Positions 41,044 to 53,300 of a stretch of 64,000 nucleotides of DNA are shown here, in pieces. Numbering within the stretch: position 1 is the first letter of the stretch; the number at the start of each line of letters is the position of its first letter. The notes under the pieces were generated by a model. It did no database searches. It saw nothing but the letters and a program-made list of their open reading frames with translations, and was not told the DNA's origin. Source of the DNA: Octopus vulgaris (taxonomy: Eukaryota). Made by a program: the position numbers and the translations under genes. The DNA lies in the NCBI GenBank assembly GCA_951406725.2, contig OX597828.1:48236001-48300000 (forward strand). The letters run 5' to 3'.

Positions 41044-44000
41044 GTGAGTTCAGTTATAGTTTTTCATTGTTTTGTTTCTTTTCGATCTCCCTCACCTGTT
41101 AATTTCTTTAAGGTTTTCCCTTCTAATTGTAGGTGGGGTTACACTTTTTTTAATGTTATTTTTTATTTATTGTGGGTGGTGTGGCTATATTGTATATTGT
41201 TGGTGCAAATATTTTACAATATTCAAAATGTCCAGTTTAAACCATTTAATTGGTTGCTAAGTGTTGCCATGGCAGCTAGTCTGTATCACTAGCAGCAGCA
41301 GCAGCAACAGGTGTCATAAAGTACATGTTCCTTATTGATTTCTTTCCTTTTACATATTGTCTTCTGTATTTCTCCCCCTTCCATAGTGGCACCATGGCTG
41401 ACCCAGGTGAGAAGCAGCCTGCTTTATTATTCTTTAGTATACTTAAACTAGTATTTTCATAAGAAAGCATTAATATCATTATAGAAAATTTGTATTTTAT
41501 ATTCAAGTTTTATAAAACTATCTCTTAATATTTTAAAGCCGTCAATAATTTATGTAGATGTTATAGTTTCATTGTTATTTATTTATTTTTGTCTGTTAAA
41601 ATGTTCCATTATTTATAAGTGTGAGACATGTACATGTCTAGATTTATAAGCTATTATAATTTCAAATATACCAATGAATTAAATCAGGCTGCTCCATCAA
41701 TTAGTGTTAGGTGAATTTCTATGGCTTAACTTGTTGATTCGCTTCATCCCTTCCCTTTCTAATGATCCCATGTCATGGTTGCTTTAGCATTTGTGATTTA
41801 GATTATTAATTATCCTCCCCAACCAGCCTGTCCTACAGGCTGGTTTTTGAACAAAGCTTTTGCAGGATAGTATCGCCTACTCCTCCACAGCTAGGAGGAT
41901 GTGAGCAGGTGCTCATTGGTTGTTGCTAGGCCACTAAATATCAACAAAAAACTGGTGTATTGGGGTGTAAAGAGCCATTTAAGTAGTGCTACTAGTCAGG
42001 CTGGTTCATTCATTATCAGTTATTCCATTGGCTACATCACTATCATGCTGCTCTTTAGACCTGAAATGTTGTCTAACAAGTCCACAGGCAACCAGTTTTC
42101 ATCCCTCTCTGTCTTACTTTTATACACAACAAAAGAGATGATGATGGGAGTACATCAGTCTTGTTTAACTCCTACTTGAACACACACTCACACACATGCA
42201 GTGAAAACTAATGATGTTTTAACTGACCACTTTTTGGTCAATAGGTCACCTTGGGGTATGTATTTTCTTTCAGATGAATTTTTAAAATTTTATTTTTGTG
42301 ATATCTTTACATTTTTTTTTCTATTTTGTGTGTTTATCAACTTTTAACATCTCCAATTTTATTTCCCTTTGGCTATTTCTGTGTTGTATATTTCAAGTCC
42401 ACTTAATGCTTCTCTTTAACTGAAATTGAAGTAATTATATTTTATTGAAGAGGTGGGTGACTCTTATTAAATTTTGGCATTTATAAATTCTAAGTTACTC
42501 TTTAGTAGGACTGATAGTAATGGTTTTGTTATTTTCTTGCTCCTCATTCAGCAAATTAAGGGGTTCTGGTTATTTTTTTTTTTAAGGTTTTTTTTATATT
42601 AATATTTTTTCTCATTGCCCAAATTTACAAGAATTTTTATTTGTGAATCTGGTATTTTTCTTTATCATCCTATTGTTCCTTTCCAGTCTACTTCAGTTTA
42701 GTTCTATTTCTTCAGTGTGTGGGTTTTCTAGTTTTTCTACCTTTCATCTTAGTGCTAAAGATATACACTGTTGGATTATGTGGTTGCTAGGTGTGAGGAG
42801 TTGGTGTTCAATTGCATGTGCACACACAGGCACACTCTGGAATTGATTAGGTGTTACAAAAGAGATTAGATACATCTGAATTTAGTTTTAGGCATAGCAG
42901 TTACATCATTTTTAGCAGTTTGGCCAAAGAGACCAATGGAATAATTACGAGACTTAAAATTAGTACTGGGGTTGATTTGTTTCACCAAACCTTTCACTCT
43001 GATGCTTTAGCATGACCACACTCCAATAACTGAATCAAGGTAAAAGATAAAAGATGAAAAAAAAACTATCTTTTCATGTGTCATGTGTTGAGTCTGAATC
43101 TCCATCTCTTTGTTAAAGGCTTTGGTAAAACACTCTCTCTCTCTCTCCAGAATTATATTTGATATTCACTGTTAGGCATGTTGATTAATAATGGTAGTTG
43201 GTGTTCCACATGAAAAGAATTTTCATTTGAGTCTTCCTGAGTTTACTGTCAGTTCAGTTGGAGTTGAAAGCTGAGTTTAGCAGCCATTTTATCAGTTTTC
43301 TCTATCTTCATGCAAAAGAAGCAGGTACCTTCCTACTTGGCTGATTTACCTGTTGCTACCCTTTATTAATCTTAAAGGCACTCTTTTTACCTTTAGATTG
43401 ATTGCTGGGGCTATTGTAGGCATTTTTTTTCCATATGCAATTTCTAAAGATTTACTCTAGTAATTTGTAAAATTTTACTTACATGGATGGCTTGTGAAAA
43501 AATATTTCTGTAAATTAAACCCCCTAAATATTTGTTAGGGAGCTGCTTTTTATATATATACTTCTGTGTATTACAAATGAGACTAATGGGTTTTTGTTTT
43601 TCATTTTAATTGATTTTTCAACAGGCATAATGAAGCGGCCACTAGAACAAGAAGATGATGACTCATCGATGAAGAGAGCTCGTGGCAGTGGGCCAAAAAT
43701 TGAGTTAAGAATTTTACTTCAGAGCAAAGTAGGTTTCCAAAAAAAAACCCTTTTAAAACAATTCAATTTTGGGTCCTATTATTATTGCTGTAGTTTTTCT
43801 TCAATTAAAATGCATTTAAAAAAATTTTTTTTTTGGTGGGGTCTTATTGGATGTTTTCTGCAACACTTGCCCTTCTAATTTTGAGCAGTTGGTCTCCTTT
43901 CTTCATATGTCCATACCACTTATTGCATTAGCTTTTAACTTCTTTTTACTCTTGTGCTTTTCAGCAATACTCATAATTGCTGCTTCAAAATATCTTTCAA

Positions 44001-47000
44001 AAATGTGTGATAGTGTAACTGATATAAGCGAATAGGTTTAGAATAGTTTTCTTTGCAAGAAACGAACTAGATTTTTTTTTTTTTTTACCTAGATGTAGGC
44101 TTGCATTAATATCAGTTGATTTTTAATTTAACTAAACACACACACACACTCCCTCTCACCCACACTTGTTGAATAATAACAAAGTTTGTATTTGAAATGT
44201 CTTTCAGAATGCTGGAGCTATCATTGGCAAGGGTGGCAGTAATATTAAAAGATTAAGAGAACATGTGAGTATTTCTAATTCAACAGTTTTTCCTTTACCA
44301 TTTTCTCATATTATATTTTTTACTGTTTTTGTAATAATGAAAACAAAACTAGGCATTGCTTCTGCCTAGATGCTAGTTGCCATTTTATAAGAAGGTGACA
44401 TTAATTATTCTCTTGAGGGTGGGTGTGTTGTTATCAGTAAATATTAGTACCGAGTATTTTTTAAACTTTGTCTTAAAATAGAGATTAGAAATATATATCT
44501 ATCTAACTATTTATCACATTTTGTTGTAAATATTTCATCTTTGAAAGTAAAGAGATGATTATCCTTTATCTTCACCTTCATCGGAAAATGAACTTCGAAA
44601 GTAGTGAAGGTTGACCAGTTTGTTTCATTGTCCAAATTGGCCGTCAAATTTGACAGTTGTATCTAACAACTATTTATCATATATATATATATATATATAT
44701 GTGTGTATATATATGTATATATATATGTGTGTGTGTGTGCATATAAGTATATAAAAAGCACACCACATGAGATGCTATTTTCTGTTCTTACCCATCTTTT
44801 TTCTTTTTTTTTTAAGAAATTAATTCCCATATTGTATATTCAAACTGAATTGTTTTTCTTTTTTCTTTTTTTTTTTGTTTATATATTAAATTTTTTTTTT
44901 TTTTTTGTCATTTTAAATATAAATATTGAAATCTAGCTTAGTTTATTTGTATTTCATTTTTGAAACTGACATTGCTTTGTTTTATTTTTTCAAATTTTTT
45001 TTCCATACGGCTGCAATTCTGTTGTGATGTCTGGACTAAAATAAATAAATAAATAAATAAAATAAATGAATTTTCAAAATGATCTTTTTCACAAAGCATG
45101 CAAAATATTTAAGATCGAAACTAGTTTAAACTGTCTTTCTTATTTTTTTTTTTTCCTCCCCTATCTCTCTTTCTCTTTTTCTAACTTGTTTCTTGTGAAA
45201 TTATATGATCTTACTCCTGAACTTTTGATGATGATAGTTTTTTTCCCAAACTGGACTTCCAGTGCATGTCTAATAAATGATAAATGTAGCATCTGAACCC
45301 GACTATAGTGATTATAATAACTTGAAACGCTAAGCAGGAGTTGTAAAGGGGTCGAGAAGTAACCCCAGTCTTGCACAAAAGATGGAGGTGCATTTAACTT
45401 ATAGCTAATTCTCCTTCTTTATTCCTTTTAGGTATTATTTCTTTGAACAATAACCATGCATGCAAGAATGTTTTATTACTATGGAACAAAAAAAAAAAAA
45501 CTGTATTTATAAAAAGAAATTTTTTCAAATTCTGCTTGTTGACTGGGATGTTCCCCCAATCTGAAATGTAAGGCTTTGCACTGTTGTTCTTTTTATCAGT
45601 GGCAGCTGAATTCGACCAGCCAGCAGTTAATATCGTGAAGATATGTGTGAGGGGAAATGTAACTTTTCCTCTCTCTTTCTCTCTCTCACTCTCTCTCTCT
45701 CTCTCAGGAACAAAGCAGCTTCCTTTCTCTTTTATAACCCATTCCCGGGAACCTGTCTGTCTCTAAGAAGGGAAAAACTGAATTGAGGAGAAAGAGAACT
45801 AGTCAGAACGTTATAGGGGAAAACAAGACTTTCCCTGCAAGTATCTCTCAGTACTGCAAGTTTGTCTTAACTAATGCCTCCAGTTTTTATTCCACAGAAT
45901 TTCAGCCCCGTTGAAGTTGACTTGTTCAATGAATGTATGGATTCCATTTATATTACTTTTTTATGCCCATTGTGAAGATTTCTGGTAGTAATACTTTGTT
46001 ATATATATCTTGCCTGCCCCATTCTTCTTGCCCTTCCATGTCCACCAATGGCCCGTCTGTTGACCCTGAATATCCCTGACCCACGGAACGTCATCCCTGC
46101 CCGTCCGTCCGTCCATCCATGATGCAGTTCAAAGCAAGTGTTACAGTGCCCGATTGCACCGGCCCTGAACGGTATGCACCCTACTGCATTGTACTACTAC
46201 ACATTTTATTAATAACTGTTTCATAATGTTAAAAGCCCATTGTAAGTTCTTTTTTCTCCACACTGTTTTTACATTTTTTTCTTCCCACCCTTTCAAAACT
46301 TATCTGATGTCATTCACTCTTTAGTTCTTTTTTTTTACTTCTATTTAAATTTATTTTCCCACTCTTCTGTCACCCTCTAAATTTCTTTTTCTCTCTTTTC
46401 TCTTTCTCTCTCTCTCATTCTCTCTTATACCCAGTAAATGTAGCTAGCTAGTTAGGATCTTGGGAAATAACCACATACAGAGCTCAATAACTTGGAATCT
46501 GCATTACTCCCTGCTAGATGTATTAATATTCAGTCCATCCTGCCCAGCGATTCCCAGTCAACGACCAAATGTAAAATTGGGTACTTCATACTCATTATAG
46601 TTCCTTGTTACAGCTTCAAAAAATAAAATATTTAAAAAAATTGTTTATTTGCTTTTTCATCATGGGTTTCTATTTTCTTCTACTGCAATTCACTAAGTGA
46701 TCAACAACTTGACTTTTTTTTTTATACAATTCATATTGTAATTTAGATGTCTATCATAACTCTAATATAGTTTTCTTTTAATATGGAAGTGTTAAACCAG
46801 CAGCTATTATTACTATCCTCCAAGTTAGTGGATGACACTTGAAAAGTTGTATGTGCTCTGTGAATTGTAAAGATAGTTGTATATATTTATTCTTAAGTCA
46901 TTGAGTTCTGTATCAGTGGAGATCTCTGCTTAAAAATGAAAGGGCTTGGGTTTAAACAGCCTAACAATTACTTTGGGTATTTAGTGGTTTTTTATTTATT

Positions 47001-50000
47001 TTTAGTTTCATCTTCATGGTTTTTTTTTTAATATTAAATTCTCATACTCCAAATTCCCCTTGCTTAATTATATTTTTTAATAAAAAAAAAAAAAGTATTA
47101 ATGTATATTTATAAATATATTTTATTTTCCTTTTGAGATTTACTAATTTATTAGAACTTGCTTCATGTCACTTAAAGGAATACTTCATCACTATCAAAGA
47201 CCTAATTATCAAAGCTAATATTCTAGTAATTTAATTCATTTTATTCTAAGCTTTGGGTTTCTTCTGCACTTAACCATTCCCTCTTAATAGACAGCTTCAT
47301 ATGAAATGTGACACAGCTCAGAGTTTTAAATACCGTTTGGTTTCTATATATATATATATATCTCTACATAATATGAATTTGTTAAACAATAAAACTCCAA
47401 TGTTTGTAAGGACTAAATTCCAAGGTCTCTAGATGATATAGCTGCTGAAAGAGGTTAGAACTAGATTTCAGTAACTGAGTAAATGTAGTTCGTTCATCTA
47501 CACAGCATATCGTGAACGTTTAGTACAACAGTCAGTTAGTTTATTTTATTTTATTTTTATCCATTTGAACATTCAGATGGATTATGCACTTAGTTATTAA
47601 TCTGCATACCAGTCTAGTAAATTGGTATTTTTATTTTTAAAATTTTTTTAAAATAAAAGACATCTTGACTTATATTGTTTTCTACAGCTATAATTATTTT
47701 AAATCCTTTTTACATTTTACAGAATTTTGACAATTGGTGCAGACATAGATACAGCATTGGACTGTTTGGCAGACATTATACCATCCCTTGAAGATGTATG
47801 TATATTTCATGTAGTCTTTTGTAAAATATTGTCTATATTGAAGCTTCACTTTTCTGTGTTATTATTGGGATAAAAATCTAAGGCTCAATCTCTGTTGCAG
47901 TACAAACAGTTCTCCAATGATGAGTATGACTGTGAAATAAGAATATTGGTTCACCAGAGCCAGGCTGGTTGCATTATTGGTAGAGCTGGTTTTAAGATCA
48001 AAGAGTTGAGAGAGGTGTGTATCTTTCTTTGTTCTTCATTCTTTAGTGTCTATATTTTTCTCTTGCATTTTAACCCTATTTGAATGTTGAAGTTTTTTCT
48101 TACACGTCTCTATAAATATCAAATATTTCAGAAAACTGGAGCAAACATCAAGGTGTACTCAACCTGCTGTGCTCAGTCCACTGATCGTGTTGTGGCAATT
48201 TCTGGTCGACCTCCTGTGGTCATAGCTTGCATTAATGTTATTTATGAGCTTTTGGAAATGGTAAGACAATATATATTTTTTATGTTTTCTATTATATATT
48301 ATAGTAAATGTTTCAAAACTCTTCTCAAATACATAATTGTAAAGTAAATGACATGGTGTGAGGAACAGGCAACAGTTGGTGTATAATGGTTCCTCTCTCT
48401 TCTGTAGGCACCACCGAAAGGAGTTAACCAGCCATATGATCCACATAACTATGATGAGTATTACGCCCATGACTATGGTGGTTACACCATTGCAGAGGGG
48501 GGCCGTGGTAAACTACCTAGGGGTGCCCCGCCACCACCACCACGAGGAGGTGTCTCTCCATTGATGAGCCCACAGATAAGAGGACGGTAAGTTAACTTTC
48601 CAGATTTATATATAATTAGACGCTAGCATAAATAGCATTGTTTTTAAAGTACTGTAGTATGTAGAAACTTAAGATCTTTGATCACTTTTCATATTTAAAT
48701 GCTGCATTTGAAAAACATACCTTCATAAAATATTCCCTAATTAATATATTAAGTCACCCATTTAGTTGACTTGCCTGAAAATTAAGGGAAATAATTCCCT
48801 CGTCCTTATTTCATGTATAAACTTCAAAAGTGTTAATTTTTAAAATTTATTTCATTATTTCATCTCTTAACCCTTCATCAAGTATTTGAAGTATTTTCTT
48901 CATTGTATCATTTTTACTTCCCATTTATTTTATTCATTTGTTCTTCATCACACCTGAGTAACTTCATTAGTGTAATTAAGAAGTGTAGTGTTAATAAACA
49001 AAGCTATTAGCAAAGTGAGCCTTTGATCAAAACATAATTCCTAGCCACTACTTTTGATCCATAGATTTAATTTCCAGTAGCTCTATCCTAACCATTCATA
49101 AGATATTCGCATATTAGAGAAATGCAAGATCTTCTAAAGATACATATGTTTGTGTCAGTAATACTATATCTTAGAATATTGACTTAGAGATTCTCTGAAA
49201 AATTAAAATGGCTCAGTTTTTTTTTTCTTAGGTTTTGTTTTCTCTTTATTGTAAGTTAAGTATTAATGAAGTTTCACTCTTATCAATATTAAGGTTAATA
49301 TCAGTTTATGATATAGTTTTTATATGTAGATGTGAACTAGTTTGTGGCCACTGATTTTTTGGCAATTTTTATATAAACAATGATTTTCATTCTCTATATT
49401 TCATGCTTTGAAATGCTTAAATTTGAACTCCAAACTTTTGGATTCTGCTGTAAATAAGTCTGAATTGTGAAAATTTCAGAGGTACTGCTGGAGGAATGGG
49501 AGATATGGGCATGGGAGGGTCTGGCTCCATGAGCAGGGGTGGACTACCTAGCCTAACTGGAGGTAGAAACAACATGGGTGCTGCTCTCCCCTATGGCAGT
49601 GGTGGCGGTGGCAGTGGGGGCAGAGATGATGGCCTGCAAGAACTTGGAGGAATGAGGTAATAACACTCTATCATACTAGTGCTGTGCAGCAGAGATACCT
49701 CTAGAGAGGGCCCCAACCATCGTTAGATTATTCCTCTTGAACAATTTGTAAGTTTGTCAAAATTATTCTGTAGCCAAGTTCAATCTACAAACAAAAAACT
49801 TGCAAACTAATCAATGATATTTTAAAAACAAAACAAAACAAATTCAACAATCCAATTTTCATCACATTTTATTACTTTTAGTGGTTAAGTTTATTTCGAA
49901 AGCTTGTTGATTTTTTTTGCCTTTTCATTCAGTATTTGCCCAATTTCTCTTGAAGCTGTGCACTTACGAGTTGATAGTGGCCTTAAGTGTTCTAATTGTG

Positions 50001-50355
50001 GATTGAGTTATTTGTCCTAGGCAAACGTGCACAAAATAGCATCTAGGCTTAGCTTCCCTCTTTAGCTCTCCCCAAATTTCTGTCTAGAGGTATCACTGAT
50101 GGTCCTAATTAGGATTTAAATGTTATTCGAAGAATGTTTTATTGTTTTCTTTCCTCATTAAAATTCCTATTTCACAATTAAAATCAATATTATACTCTCT
50201 TCTAATGATCTCACTCACCTCAAGGTAAACGTAGTCACATCTTTTTCCTGCACCAAGCAGTTCTAACATCTTCATTCTGTTGAGTCAGACGGCATTAACT
50301 CACTAAATATATTTCTGTCTTCTGCAAATCTCTTTATTGAATCTAATTCATCAAA

Positions 50356-50396
<41 letters not shown>

Positions 50397-53300
50397 GGTA
50401 AATATTTTATTAGTTTCTCATTATCTCATAATGTTCCATGTTGTAGCTATTATTTCATTTCTAGTTCCACATTTATTTCAAATCTGTACTTTATAAATAT
50501 TAATCGGCCAAATGTTTCAATAATTTCAGGAATGCCATGAATGGCAGCATGGGTGCTCGTGCCGGGCGTGGAGGAGGTAAGTAAATTGCAGATTCTCTCA
50601 AACTCTTCAGCATTATTACTTTCTCTTTCATCAACATTTTCCTAAAATGTTCCCTTTTTTCCCTCCTCCCCTTTCAGATAACAGGTTTGGCAATCCTGCA
50701 AGAGGAAACAGTGGCCAAGGTTTCTATGGTGGCCAGCAAAACTTTGCCCAAGACAGTATGGTAAGTTACTTCAGTTATTAACTTTGTGATGATTCAGATG
50801 AAATATTTTGAGATATTATTACCCCTCCTTTTTTTTTTCCTTCCAGGGTGGTATGGGAAATCAAGGGATGATGTTTGGTATGGAACAGACTACAACCACA
50901 CAAGTAACCATTCCCAAGGAGGTAAGTTTCATTCCATTAGTTTCGCTGTACTTAAAAATTTTGCTAGAGTATTCTTAAAAAGAGCCATGTGTAATTTTGA
51001 ATTTTGTCCCTTTTGTTTCTCCCTCCATTTAGCTTGCTGGTGCCATTATTGGCAGATGTGGAACTCGCATTACTGATGTGCGGCGCCAGTCTGGAGCCCA
51101 AGTGGTTATAGATGAAGCCCTTCCTGGTTCCAGTGATCGGATAATTACTATCACAGGAACTCAAGAACAAATTGATGCTGCACAGTTTCTCTTGCAGAGC
51201 AGGTTAGTTGAATGTCATGTAAAGACTTGGTCTTTTTCTCCTCTTTGTTTCTCCTCTTTCCTCTCTTCTATTCCTCATTGCATTGCATTCTGTTGGTTGT
51301 AAACAAAAGAGACACTAATGCCTTGATGAGAAATTGTATTAGCTATCTGTACCTTCATCTTCCATTACTCACATGTACTAACCTGTTTTTTTAGTGACAC
51401 TAAAACTTTTTACTACTGTTACTAAAAGTAAATCCAGTGCACGAAGAATTAATTCTATAGAATGGTTGCCACTTGATTTCCCATCCTCTCGTAGGAAAGC
51501 TTTAATTATTGATACATTATATCAAAAGGAATTTGCTATTTGGTTAATTTGATAATTGCATCTTTATCTAATTGTTGGTCCATTTAGGATTTACACAGCA
51601 TAAATTAGTATAGTTTTTATTTAGTAAGCTAGCAAAATGTATAATATATGCCAGAGAGAGAAGTGTAGGTTCAGTTTGAACACCTTTAGAAAAACTAAAC
51701 ACTAAGATAAGAGTGGTAACAAGTATTACAAATTCTCATTTATCCAATGTAAGGAAAAAAACAAAGCTTCGTTTTATTGATATCTTTTTTTTATACAGTT
51801 AGAAAGTCTGTTAACTTTTGGAATCTAAATTCTTAGTTTAAATGTCTTTTAAATAAAGAAAAATATTAACAGATGTATAAATCGAATTTATTTCTTAAAA
51901 TCTAAATGTGTGTTATTGTGTTACATTGTGAAGTAAGGGAGTGTTTCCTCTAAAGATTAATGTTCTTGTTGTAGCCATTACTTTTTCACAAAGTAGCTTT
52001 AGGTTTAAAATTTTGATGGTACCAGTTTAATGGGTGTGGTTAAGGCTTTCTTGGTTAGCATTGGGTGGCATCTGGTGGCTATTGTCGATGATGTGCATGA
52101 GACATTGGTGATGGGATTTGGCTTGTAACTAACCTTTGGCACCCATGGTCTGGAAGACTAATGAATTTTGTTGTTGTGTAGTGTGAGAACAATGAATCAT
52201 TATCTTCCTGAACCATGGATGTAAGTAGCAGCAACACCAGCTCTTGCTCATCCCTATCCTCTTCTCCCTTCCCTCACAACTGCCACTCATTCGATTGACC
52301 CCCTCCTGGATCCCTTGTTGATGGCTGCCCACCACTGCTGCTTTGCTAACCTTCAGCTCTGTTTCTGCTGCTGCTACTATTGTCATTACTACTACTATTA
52401 CTACTGTTTGCTACTATTATTATTATAACTACTACTACTATTGTTATAACCACTATCCAGAACTGGTACTGTGATTGGCATGTTACAAACTAATTTTTAT
52501 TTAATATTTTTAAATGTAAAATAATGAAATGTTTAAATGTGCATGACATGTTTACAGAGCGAAATTACGGTGAAAACTGAAGCAACTTGTTGGAATCGGT
52601 TTAGAATTCTTCCTAAATTTTAGATTTCAATTTTAGGAAAGTTTCCATGCGTCCTTGGTATAAATTATTATATTCTAATAATTGATTTGACATACAAAGT
52701 TAATAATTAATACACGTGTTGATTAAATGTCTTGTGATTTGTTGCCCTATGTGTTAGGTTTGTGTTGAAACTGGAGATAAATTCTAATTAAGGTCTTTAG
52801 GAAATATTTAAGTCAGGAAGTATAAATACGTACATAGCTGAAATTTAAAAAAAAATTATCTACAATAGCTACTGTCAGTGTGGGTGCACATTGATGGGAA
52901 ACCTAAGTATGAAATATACTAAGTTACATGAATTGCAGGATAACACTCCTTTCTATTATAGGCACGAAGCCTGAAATTTTGGGGTAGGGGTTAAGTTGAT
53001 TATATCAACCCCAGTGCACAACTGGTACCTATTTCATCAACCCTGAAAGGATGAAAGGCAAAATCAACCTCAGTGGAATTTGAACTCAGAATGTAAGGAC
53101 AGATGGACAAAATGCTACTAAGCATTTTTTGCCTGGCATGCCAACGATTCTGCCAGCTCACTGCCTTCTAGCAGGATAATAACAGTTGTTTACTGGAGAA
53201 CAATTCTGCAACATTGCAACTCTTATACAGCATATTCTTTCATGGCAGCCTGGTTTTTGTTTTTTCTTCTCTGGCTGTAAATGGCAAGCAAGTAGAAAGT

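Noticed and set aside
45225-45300. Possible C/D-box snoRNA (ATGATGA...CTGA) in an hnRNP K intron
   Set aside because: No terminal stem and no rRNA/snRNA complementarity that I could identify; a snoscan or Rfam search would be needed.
45335-45420. Possible H/ACA snoRNA (hairpin, ACAAAA, hairpin)
   Set aside because: No ACA box after the second hairpin and weak stems.
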